Shown here: piece by piece, positions 23,390-33,504 of the stretch
Layout of the letters: each line of letters opens with the position of its first letter
Numbering within the stretch: the first letter of the stretch is position 1
Assembly (NCBI RefSeq): GCF_001194135.2
Contig: NC_068999.1
Coordinates: 10,213,817-10,247,320, forward strand
DNA length: 33,504 nucleotides
Origin: Octopus bimaculoides
Taxonomy: Eukaryota
Direction of reading: 5' to 3'
The notes under the pieces: generated by a model
What the model saw: the letters and a program-made list of their open reading frames with translations, nothing else
Databases searched by the model: none
Told to the model about the DNA's origin: nothing
Translations under genes and position numbers: made by a program

Positions 23390-24960
23390 TGTCATACAGT
23401 TCAGATACTTCTAGAACACCACTATGATGCCACCAAAATAGCACTCTTAGAATACTAGTTTGACAATACTATAACATTATTAGAATGCCATACGCCTCCT
23501 ATATAGCACCATTGCAATAGCATTCCTTGTATAACAAAACTATAACCATCATATCCCCATGAAACTACAACCGTATCGCTATTAAAGCAGTCGGAGAATA
23601 CTAGTATAACATTGCCATAACACCATCATAATATCTCTATCACTTTAATAACATCACTTTAATAACATCACTTTAATACTACAACTATGATATTAGTATA
23701 ATGTCACTACTTATAACATCACTACAATACCATTATAACATCTCTATGACAACACTAATATAATATACAATTTCAACACTAATATAACAGCATTATAACA
23801 CCTCTATGAGGCAACTATGATGTGGAGATGAATGTTAATAACACGGCTATAAAGTTAGGATAATACCAAACTAACACTATCGTAACACTACCACTACGAT
23901 ATTAAAGATATATTGCGCTATGACGCTGAAATGTATCATAGTTGTATAACTCAGCATACAACTGTAACTAATAAGTTTAATAGTAATGGGTTTCAAATTT
24001 TGGCACAAGGCCAGCAGTTTCAGAGGATGTGGATAGTCAACTACATCGGCCTCCAGTGCTCAGCTGGTATTTATCTTAATAATCCCCCCCAAATGATGGA
24101 ATGCGATGTAGACTTCGGCAGAATTAGAACTCATAACATAAAGACAGTTGAAATGCTGGAGAGTTTTTCCAACTCACCAAGTTAAGTCTAACACAAATTT
24201 AATATGTATAATACCGCGTAATAGGCAACTCTACACTGCCATTATATACCACTCTAACACCACTACAAGAACATCACAATAACATCAACATAACACTATA
24301 TTAACCTCACTATGATATATAACAGGGCCACTGCAACAACACTACTACAACACGACTATAATACTATTGTAAGACCACTACATTAGCACCAGTATAACAT
24401 TGATGTAACTCCATAAATACACTACTTTAACACTGCTATAATACCGTATGACAGCACCACTGTATCACCGCCACAACACCACTGAAATATCATTATAATG
24501 ACACTGTGACAATCCCACAGTAATCTCAATATAACAACACTATATAATACTCTATGACACTATATCTATAACAGAATTATATGACATCATAGCATTATCA
24601 TAGCTGTACCACTATAGCGATGTCGTAGCATAAAAAAACTCTCCAATAACACTTAAAAAAAAACACCAATGGTAACGCTTAATACTATGATAACACGAAA
24701 ACTACGATGATAGAAACCACGATAACTCGAGATAGCACTAACACTATGATAACATTGAGATATCACTAAACCTATGATAACACTGCAATAACACTAACAT
24801 GATGATAACACTAAACACTAATACCATTATACCGGCAGTATATAGCCGTTATGCCTCAGCACATAGCTGCAGTAACGCTATCATCAACACCACCATAAAA
24901 CCACCACCGCTACAGCCATCTCCAACACCGCTATAACCAGCAGCAACATAATCCACACCG
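23390..24960. repeat. Degenerate A/C-rich, G-poor cryptic satellite
   Basis: Recurrent ACACTATAACA / ACTATGATAACAC variants and a local exact repeat CACTTTAATAACAT x2 at 23641. All frames contain stops. Confidence 0.75.
23978..24180 (-). mobile_element. SINE-C inserted in the A/C-rich array
   Basis: TTTCAAATTTTGGCACAAGGCC..CTGGTATTTA..GACTTCGGCAGAATTAGAACTCATAACATAAAGACAG aligns with 30000-30170. Confidence 0.8.
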
Positions 24961-24970
24961 TGTATCTAGG

Positions 24971-25020
24971 TAAGGATTAAACCTGCTGGAAATAGAAGCC
25001 TAATCTCTCGCAAATCAAAC
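24971..25020 (+). mobile_element. Family B head fragment
   Basis: AAGGATTAAACCTGCTGGAAATAGAAGCCTAATCTCTCGCAAATC is similar to 31183-31232. Confidence 0.55.
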
Positions 25021-25334
25021 TTTACGTTTTGGAAAGGTCACTGAAGATTATGTCTTCAGTTGAATGCGAAGAAGTGTTATTAGAAAAAAAACCAAAATAA
25101 AAAAAACCCCCAGAATGGTCACGATTGGAATGCTCGTTCAAAGCTGATCTAAAGCTCAATAACAACTACAACAGCATGCAACTATTCCACATGCAACACC
25201 GCCATCATCACCACCATCATCATCATCACTGTCGTCGTCATCGTCACGAATTTAATCCATGTAGTAATATGTAATTTTCCTAACTTTTCTTCTCCATAAT
25301 TTTTTCCGAACCCCTCCACCTACATTTCAGGTTC

Positions 25335-25387
<53 letters not shown>

Positions 25388-25409
25388 TCAACGAAATATC
25401 TTTGTGTGC

Positions 25410-25440
<31 letters not shown>

Positions 25441-25450
25441 NNNNNNNNNN

Positions 25451-25632
25451 TCAATTTATAAAAATTAAAATTAAATTGAGCCTTATAGATAAAGTATATA
25501 TAAAATATATAGTTTTAGGGAAAATAACCAATTTTCAAGAACTCATCGATATTTCATATTTTCCCTAAAACTATATATTTTATATATACTTTATCTATAA
25601 GGCTCAATTTAATTTTAATTTTTATAAATTGA
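25451..25632. repeat. Perfect 76-bp inverted repeat abutting a 10-N gap
   Basis: 25451-25526 is the exact reverse complement of 25557-25632, with a 30-bp spacer. Confidence 0.9.
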
Positions 25633-26119
25633 TTTTAATTGAGTTTTTTACCTGTAATTTTGGATTTTGTCCCTAATATTATTATTATTATATATATATA
25701 TATACACACATACATACATAAATATACACGTGTGATGTAACTTACAGGTATTAAATAAAGATACGCACAAACACACATTCACACACACATATATGGGTAT
25801 GTGTCTGCATCAGTGTGTGTGTGTATATATATATATATATTGGAATAAAGTACATACGAACACACGGCCGTGCGCGCACACACAACCAGACACATGAGTG
25901 TGCCGCTATATAACTCCATGTAAACGCGACATGTAGTTGCTTTACATTACACCTCATAAGCAAAAGTAGTCATTGGTTAAGTACAGCAGTACATATTTCA
26001 GGTGGACTTTGATGTGACTCACACACACACACACACACACACGCAAACACACACGCATAGTTATGTATATTACATTTTTGATGATGTTGAAGATGAATGT
26101 ATCTACCCATATATAAGCT

Positions 26120-26159
<40 letters not shown>

Positions 26160-26690
26160 TATGTGTATATATGTATATACATATATTTATGTATACATAT
26201 ATATATATATGTGCGTATATATATATATATATANNNNNNNNNNNNNNNNNNNNNNNNNNNNNNNNNNNNNNNNNNNNNNNNNNNNNNNNNNNNNNNNNNN
26301 NNNNNNNNNNNNNNNNNNNNNNNNNNNNNNNNNNNNNNNNNNNNNNNNNNNNNNNNNNNNNNNNNNNNNNNNNNNNNNNNNNNNNNNNNNNNNNNNNNNN
26401 NNNNNNNNNNNNNNNNNNNNNNNNNNNNNNNNNNNNNNNNNNNNNNNNNNNNNNNNNNNNNNNNNNNNNNNNNNNNNNNNNNNNNNNNNNNNNNNNNNNN
26501 NNNNNNNNNNNNNNNNNNNNNNNNNNNNNNNNNNNNNNNNNNNNNNNNNNNNNNNNNNNNNNNNNNNNNNNNNNNNNNNNNNNNNNNNNNNNNNNNNNNN
26601 NNNNNNNNNNNNNNNNNNNNNNNNNNNNNNNNNNNNNNNNNNNNNNNNNTATATATATGCACACATACATATATGTATGTTATTATTACA

Positions 26691-26941
26691 TATTCTTTTA
26701 TTCTTTTATTTGTTTCAATTATCTGACTTCGGCCATGCTGGAGCACCGCCTTAAAAGGTTTATTTAGTTTCGTCAGTCGACCGCGGGATTTGTTCTTCTT
26801 AAACCTAGTACTTATTTTATCGTTCTGCTTTGCCGAACCGCTAAGTTACGGGGACATGAACACAGCAAAACCGGTTGTCAAAAGTTGGTCTTGGACACAA
26901 ATATGTATATGTATGTATGGAGGTATATTCATGTACGACGG
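26691..26941 (-). mobile_element. SINE-A 3' two-thirds
   Basis: CGGCCATGCTGGAGCACCGCCTT..CCTAGTACTTATTTTATCG..GCCGAACCGCTAAGTTACGGGGAC..CGGTTGTCAA..TACGACGG. Confidence 0.9.
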
Positions 26942-27018
26942 TGGTGTTGGAAACCCTTCGTACGGCGAGGGAAACTCAGTAGTTATATTAACGAAATGAC
27001 CTGCTCCTGACTAAAACA

Positions 27019-27065
27019 GTTACCAGCTGACCATTTTCCAGGCACGTGCACCTTTAATGTAATTC
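27019..27065 (-). mobile_element. SINE-D fragment
   Basis: The reverse complement GAATTACATTAAAGGTGCACGTGCCTGG resembles GAACTACGTTAACGGTACACGTGTCTG at about 23046. Confidence 0.5.
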
Positions 27066-27110
27066 GGTGTCAATAACATACGGCAAATTTTGAATCGCAT
27101 GTATAATAGA

Positions 27111-27243
27111 TGCGATGGGCTTCTATGTAGTTTCCGTCTGCTCTGTTTCTTTCTCAAGAAATGCATCGATCTGGGATAATAGGCGTTTGTTCAATATGTC
27201 TCATATTCAGATCGAACCTGAGATTTTGTGGTTACAAATCGAA
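27111..27243 (-). mobile_element. SINE-A-like 5' fragment
   Basis: CGATGGGCTTCTATGTAGTTTCCGTCT and ATCGAACCTGAGATTTTGTGGTT resemble the body and reverse B-box head of SINE-A. Confidence 0.5.
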
Positions 27244-28931
27244 ATTGGTAAACGCTTGGCTAGGCACAAGTATATATATGCGCTAGCAAATACATGTATA
27301 CGCTTTTAGGTGTAAGTGTATGTTTGTGTGTATGCACATGCATACACACACAGAGACACGCTCATATATATTCGTGTGTGAGTACAAGATAGATAGATAC
27401 AGAGAGAGGGAGATAGACAGACTTGAGAACGTATGTATATATATATATATATATATGCAGGTATAAGTGTATTTTTCCGATTTCTACGTATATAAATGTG
27501 CATATATATATATATTTATATAAATGTATGTATATAAAGACGTGCGCACTCACTACATATAAGTTTGTGTATATATATGCATTAATGCGTATATATAATT
27601 GTATATACACGTACATATGTTGATGTGTGCGTGTATCTGTGCGTATGTGTATGAATGTGTGTGTGTGTGTGCACATCTATACACAAAAGGATATATATAT
27701 ATATATATATACATATTTGTGTGTGTGTGTGTGTGTGTATATGTATTTATGGGTATAGACATATATATGCATATAANNNNNNNNNNNNNNNNNNNNNNNN
27801 NNNNNNNNNNNNNNNNNNNNNNNNNNNNNNNNNNNNNNNNNNNNNNNNNNNNNNNNNNNNNNNNNNNNNNNNNNNNNNNNNNNNNNNNNNNNNNNNNNNN
27901 NNNNNNNNNNNNNNNNNNNNNNNNNNNNNNNNNNNNNNNNNNNNNNNNNNNNNNNNNNNNNNNNNNNNNNNNNNNNNNNNNNNNNNNNNNNNNNNNNNNN
28001 NNNNNNNNNNNNNNNNNNNNNNNNNNNNNNNNNNNNNNNNNNNNNNNNNNNNNNNNNNNNNNNNNNNNNNNNNNNNNNNNNNNNNNNNNNNNNNNNNNNN
28101 NNNNNNNNNNNNNNNNNNNNNNNNNNNNNNNNNNNNNNNNNNNNNNNNNNNNNNNNNNNNNNNNNNNNNNNNNNNNNNNNNNNNNNNNNNNNNNNNNNNN
28201 NNNNNNNNNNNNNNNNNNNNNNNNNNNNNNNNNNNNNNNTATATATATATATACATATTTGTGTGTGTGTGACTGGAATTGTTTACTCCACGGTATGGAA
28301 ACCGGTTTGCCAGTGTGTAATCCTCTGTCGTTGAAAAGCTGAAGTAATAACATTTATTCTAGTGGTCGTGTTAGTGTAGTGAAATATTAACCACATTTGT
28401 CTCTCCACCTTGCGACCTAGAATCGTAACCGTGTCCAGTCTCGGAAAGACTGGACACTGTTATCTACAAATTGGGAATAAATAATGGACATGCGATGACC
28501 CGTATCCCCCTAATGCATCGTTGGGTCAGCACCGAATATTTCGTATTGTTGGACTCAAGGCAGACAGATTGATGGCTTGTTGTTGTTATTGTTATTGTTA
28601 TTGTTGCTGTCGTTGTCGATGTTGTTGCTGCTTGAGACCTTTCTACTCATGTTCCAAGTAAATGCGATTTTCAGACGATGGTTTAAATATAAACCTGGAG
28701 ATGATTGTCTGTCGCTTGTACGTGAAGGGAATAAAAAAAAAATTGATATTTAAAACTAAATCGGTTCGACTTAAAATCCAACCTATGTCACAGCATATAT
28801 AATCTACGAGGAAGAGTGATTTCTCCACCTTGTGCTGTAGCCGCTCGACCTCTTCTGGAAATAGTACCTAAATAGTCCTCAGTTCATACCGAGGAAGAGA
28901 AAGACATTACATACTATATATAAAATATACT

Positions 28932-29104
28932 TGGCTATATGGTCAGAAGTTTACTTCTCAGCTACATGGATCTAGGTTCAGTCCCACTGCGTGGTCACCT
29001 GGGAAAGTGTTTTCTATGGCCCCGGGCCGACGAAAGCCTTGTGAGTGGATTGGTAAACGGAAACTTTAAAAAGCCCGTCATAAATATATATGTGTGTGTG
29101 TGTA
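28932..29104 (+). mobile_element. SINE-A outer copy, 5' half
   Basis: GGCTATATGG..AGGTTCAGTCCCACTGCGTGG..GGGCCGACGAAAGCCTTGTGAGTGGAT..AAAGCCCGTC, ending in (TA)(TG)n. Confidence 0.9.
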
Positions 29105-29410
29105 TTCTTGCATTTGTTCAGTCTGCGGCCATGCTGGAGCAGCACCTTTAGTAGAGCAAATCGACCCAGGACTTATTCTTTGTAAGCCTAGCATTTTGGC
29201 CGAACAGCTAAGTTACGGGACGTAAACACACCAGCATCGGTTGTCAAGCGAGGGTGGGAGATCAAACACAGACCACACACACAAATGTATGTATATATAT
29301 ATACGACTGCCTTGGTCGGCCCGAGGCTATAGCAGAAGACACTTGCTCACTGAACTCGGAACCATGTGGTTGGTAAGCAAGCTACTTACCACACAGCCAC
29401 AACTCCTACA
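29105..29410 (-). mobile_element. SINE-A inner copy, antisense, with three internal deletions
   Basis: CTGCGGCCATGCTGGAGC..GGACTTATTCTTTGTAAGCCTAG..ACCAGCATCGGTTGTCAAGCG..TTGGTCGGCCCGAGGCTATAGCAGAAGAC..GCTACTTACCACACAGCCAC. Confidence 0.92.
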
Positions 29411-29671
29411 CCTTACACACACACACACACACACACACCTGTGATTATGTAAGTTTGTACCTCAAAACCCGTTGACAACGAACGTTAGTTTGTTTACTTC
29501 CCCGTAAATTAGCGGTTCGTCAGAAGATACTGACAGAATAAGTTACCAAGGCTACCAGTTTTAAAAGAGAAAAATAAATTCTCGGGGTCGATATGTTCGA
29601 CAAAGCCCCTTAAACGCGGTGCTCCAGCATGGCTGCAATCTGGTGACTGAAAGAAATAGAAGACAAGAATA
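29411..29671 (+). mobile_element. SINE-A 3' half (probable continuation of the outer copy)
   Basis: GTTGACAAC..TTTACTTCCCGTAAATTAGCGGTTCG..GGGGTCGAT..GCGGTGCTCCAGCATGGCTGCA..GACTGAAA. Confidence 0.82.
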
Positions 29672-29987
29672 TAAAAATATAAAACATTAAAAAAAAAAAG
29701 GTAAATTGAAGATGCTTGATGATCGCAGCCGGATAGAATGCTTTTGATCGTGGTTAACCCAAACACAATCCAATACTACCAGAACAGTAACAACTACAAC
29801 AACAACAACACCAACTGTAACCTTAGCACCACAACCACTACCACCAGTGTAGTTAATTGTGTGTTGATAGCGGCGCTCGCACTTGTCTAGAGTTACCGAC
29901 ACCTAATTTGTCAACAAAAAATGCCGTTTGACAATGCAAATGAAGAAAGGTTTTGTATTACATTCCAAATATTGTTTCTGCTGTTGG

Positions 29988-30360
29988 AATACTGCTAATA
30001 TTCTCTTCTACTCTTGGCACAAGGCCTGAAATTTTGCGGGAGTTGGGGCAGTCGATTAGCTCGATACCAGTACGCGATTGGTATTTAGTTTATCGACCCC
30101 GAACGGAGGAAAGACAAAGTTGACCTCGGCGGACTTTGAACTCAGAACGTAAAGACAAATGAAATACCGCTAAATACTGTTAATATTCTTTTCTAGTCTA
30201 GGCACAAGGCCCGAATTTTTTGGGGAAGTGGGGACAGTTGAGTGTACGCAACTGGTACTTAATTTTTCGACCCCGAAAAGATGAAAGGCAAATTCGACCT
30301 CGGGGAATTTGAACTCAGAACATAAAGACAGATGAAATAACGCTAAATATTGCTAATATT
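29988..30360 (-). mobile_element. Two head-to-tail 5'-truncated SINE-C units
   Basis: Units start at 29988 and 30173. Each has GGCACAAGGCC..TCGACCCCGAA..GACCTCGG..TTTGAACTCAGAAC.TAAAGAC. A 15-bp motif AATA(C/T)TG(C/T)TAATATT occurs at 29988, 30173 and 30346. Confidence 0.9.
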
Positions 30361-30839
30361 GAGACTAATTCGGGTATTGAATTAGTAGAATTAGTAGAGC
30401 ATCCTATTAAATAGCTTGCGTTATTCACCGTCATATTTTTACGTTCTGAGTTCAAATTCCGTTAATGGTAGGCATGTGATTTTGCGCCTGTCACCCGTAC
30501 GGGAGTGATGAAAGAAAATAACAGTTAAGTACATGAGAATTATTTAATATAAAATAATATAAAATACGTATGTATACATTCATATATAATGCTTATATAC
30601 ACACGTATATGTGGGTTTGTAACTAAATATTTCCCCAGCCTCTATGAATATGTATACACGCATATATATATAAATATGTGCATACACACAGATGCGTCTG
30701 AGAATCTCTACACATAACATACATAGAGAGATGAACACATATACGCACACACGCACACATACACACACATATATATATATATAGAGAGAGATAAATACAC
30801 ACACATACATAACATACATAGAGAGATGGTCACACGCGC

Positions 30840-30890
<51 letters not shown>

Positions 30891-30984
30891 TTCACTCACG
30901 CAAGTCGCCTTTATCTATCCAAAAATAAAATCTACGAATGTTAGAAATCAATATCAGAAAAATCGATAGATAGATTGATAGATT

Positions 30985-31140
30985 GGTATTTAGTCACGGT
31001 CCTTTACGTTCTGAGTTCAAATCCCGCCGAGGACAACATTGCCTTTCATCCTTCCAGGGTTGATAAAACGCGAAAATCGATTTAATCAACACTATTCTTC
31101 CCCCATCTAACGGTATCCTGTGCTAGAATTCGATATTAAC
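30985..31140 (+). mobile_element. SINE-C
   Basis: TTTACGTTCTGAGTTCAAATCCCGCCGAGG..TTGCCTTTCATCCTT..GTTGATAAAA is the reverse complement of the units at 29988-30360. A small sense fragment also lies at about 30435-30452. Confidence 0.85.
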
Positions 31141-31182
31141 ACTGAATGATTCCTCGAGACAGTGTAGGAAACCTACAGCTAC

Positions 31183-31232
31183 CAAGGAATTTGATATGCT
31201 AGAAATAGCAACCAAATCTACCTCAAAACCAC
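31183..31232 (+). mobile_element. Family B head fragment
   Basis: CAAGGAATTTGATATGCTAGAAATAGCAACCAAATCTACCTCAAAACCAC. Confidence 0.65.
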
Positions 31233-31289
31233 AGACGTTAACATTTTATAGATGAAGCAGGACAAATTGGTATAAAAAACTTAGTATAA

Positions 31290-31582
31290 TGGATCTCTGT
31301 CGGATTCGGCGATGTGAGTGAGTTGTTGATCAACTGCTCACTCAAGTGAACATACCGCATACAAGTGTACCTTTCACATAATCGTCTGGCCAAATTCCGA
31401 ATATCGCCACATGTGACATAGTTGTACATTTGAATCACGTTACAATCTCACCCGATAGGCTTCCACTCTAATACCATCTACCCGCTTTTAACATAACCGA
31501 AGGTGGAACCTAGAGTTTGATAAAGTACTGAACCTAAAATACCACACGGTGGGATCGAAACCGGAATTGCACAATTGCGGCC
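31290..31582 (-). mobile_element. SINE-D, old copy
   Basis: AAGTGTACCTTT, ATGTGACA and TTTGAAT blocks plus GGGATCGAAACCG (reverse B-box) are in the order expected for the reverse complement of 22795-23385. Confidence 0.6.
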
Positions 31583-31987
31583 TTTCAATAAATTCATTAA
31601 AATATAAGTGATGGTCTCATCTTGAATATGTATAATCAAAGAACAACTGAATCACATTGATTTGATATTAAACGACAACAACAACATCAACAGCAAAACA
31701 TTAGTAATTTCGGCAAGAACAGATACATCGGATATAGTAATAGTAGACACGTTTTCTTAATATAAGATGAGATAGTCACGGTAGGAAGGCTTTGGTGTTG
31801 TAGCACCACAAGTATTTAAATTTCTGCAGTGATATTGTGCAGTCAAAATATCTTAAGTAAACGGGCTTCAGGTTAGTTAAACTGGGGCCAGTTTTTAACA
31901 TGCACATCATACACATATGAATACACACAAACATATATACATATGCGTGTGTATGTGAGTGTATGTATGCATATATATATACATACA

Positions 31988-32047
<60 letters not shown>

Positions 32048-32749
32048 GAGAGAGAGAGAGATAGATAGATAGATGGATAGATATATAGATTTACATCGCG
32101 TCGCGCAAGGTGGAGTTAGGCAGAAATATACTGTGAATGACACAGCGCTCCAGATTTTGGCTAGCAATTTCTTATTAAACATATAGAAAGGTATGTTTAA
32201 AGTATGTTTCAGTTTTAGAACGACACGGAAGCAATAGTAGGAAGAGTATTTAATTCCTAACCTTAGAGAGAGTATAAAAAAAAAAAGAAAAATTAGAAAC
32301 ATTATCGTTAGCACCGTTAGTGTACAAGATCTAACGTTGTTAAGATAAGTTCGCGTAATACAATGGGTGAATTAAATATTGCATACATTTGACTAACACA
32401 CATACACACACACACAAGCATATATATAGTCAAATGTGTATTTGCATTTCTGTTTTTTCTAAGGTACACAGTACAAGAGGTATTAGCTTCAGTTTATCAC
32501 CAGGTAAAACCCCGGTGATAGGCATTATAATATTAAATACCCCATATATTAAATTACATATTATATGTATACAAGCATATACATAAATGTGCCTATATAT
32601 ATGTGTGTGTGTGTGAGTGCGTGTATATATATATATATAAATATATATGCGTATACGCAAATATACAGATATATTACAAAATATGTTTACAGTTGCCTAC
32701 ATATGGATATGTATATATAAGTGCAAATACATCTGTATGCATATATATG

Positions 32750-32831
<82 letters not shown>

Positions 32832-32877
32832 NNNNNNNNNNNNNNNNNNNNNNNNNNNNNNNNNNNNNNNNNNNNNN

Positions 32878-32909
<32 letters not shown>

Positions 32910-33504
32910 GCGTAGCTACAAGTAATTCAACGATTTTTTTCTTTAAAACTGCATAAAATTATTGGAAAGTAATTTGGTTCGGATAAGTCAAAAATGATCA
33001 ATCAGTTGATGTAAATGGTTAGCACTTGAAATAATCCCAGAGTAAGTTCACTAGAAAGAGTCAATTTCGATCCTCGCTTCAATCTTCTTAAATATACTAA
33101 CATTTAGAAATACCTCAAAATTAGGAAGTATTAAATGTAAAATGTCTCGTAGGATTCATTAAACCAAAAGACATAATAATGATACTGCAAATTGCGATAA
33201 AATTGGTCGTGCGATTTGCTAAATATAAGCACCAAATCAAAAGTATATTGTATTTTAACAACTGAAAATAATAAATTAAAAATGAATGTGGAATTCCATA
33301 AATAGTCAATTCGAAACACGGCAGTTAAAATATGTAGGAAAATTATTAAGGTCATATCAAAATAAATTCAAAAAGATTTACTAAATAATTGGTGTGGTCA
33401 AATGTCGAATAATTTGATCAGAAATCAGCTTGATCATGGTATACTAACTAGGACTATAACAATTATAAGTACAAAGGTTGAAGAATGACCATCAAGTTAT
33501 ATAT

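Noticed and set aside
24900-24969. Exon ending at the strong AG|GTAAGG donor near 24969
   Set aside because: The upstream sequence is low-complexity array and the donor overlaps the start of a family B repeat fragment.
31907-32314. Minus-strand ORF with a T-rich acceptor-like tract
   Set aside because: The peptide is unrecognisable, the donor is weak (T|GTAAAT) and half of the ORF is microsatellite.

Overview
AT-rich eukaryotic (animal) genomic DNA from a fragmented draft assembly, with 17 N-gaps, most of them next to microsatellites. The repeat content points to a coleoid cephalopod, probably Octopus; this is inferred from my recollection of the SINE sequences, not from a database search. 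The window is almost entirely intronic or intergenic. It holds about 10 copies or fragments of a tRNA-headed CORE-type SINE (here SINE-A) and three further dispersed families (B, C, D). It also holds one dead RTE reverse-transcriptase fragment, several MITE-like or foldback inverted repeats, a composite minisatellite, a 1.6 kb degenerate A/C-rich array and many microsatellites. I recognise no host protein-coding gene; three weak exon candidates are reported. Nearly all ORFs in the supplied track are artefacts of microsatellites or N runs. There are no prokaryotic features, no CRISPR array and no intact tRNA or rRNA gene. I cannot support a new biological system here. The best leads are a nested antisense SINE with crossing pairing potential, a near-perfect 43-bp hairpin, a GC-rich orphan exon candidate, a young Deu/Nin-like SINE and the composite minisatellite.
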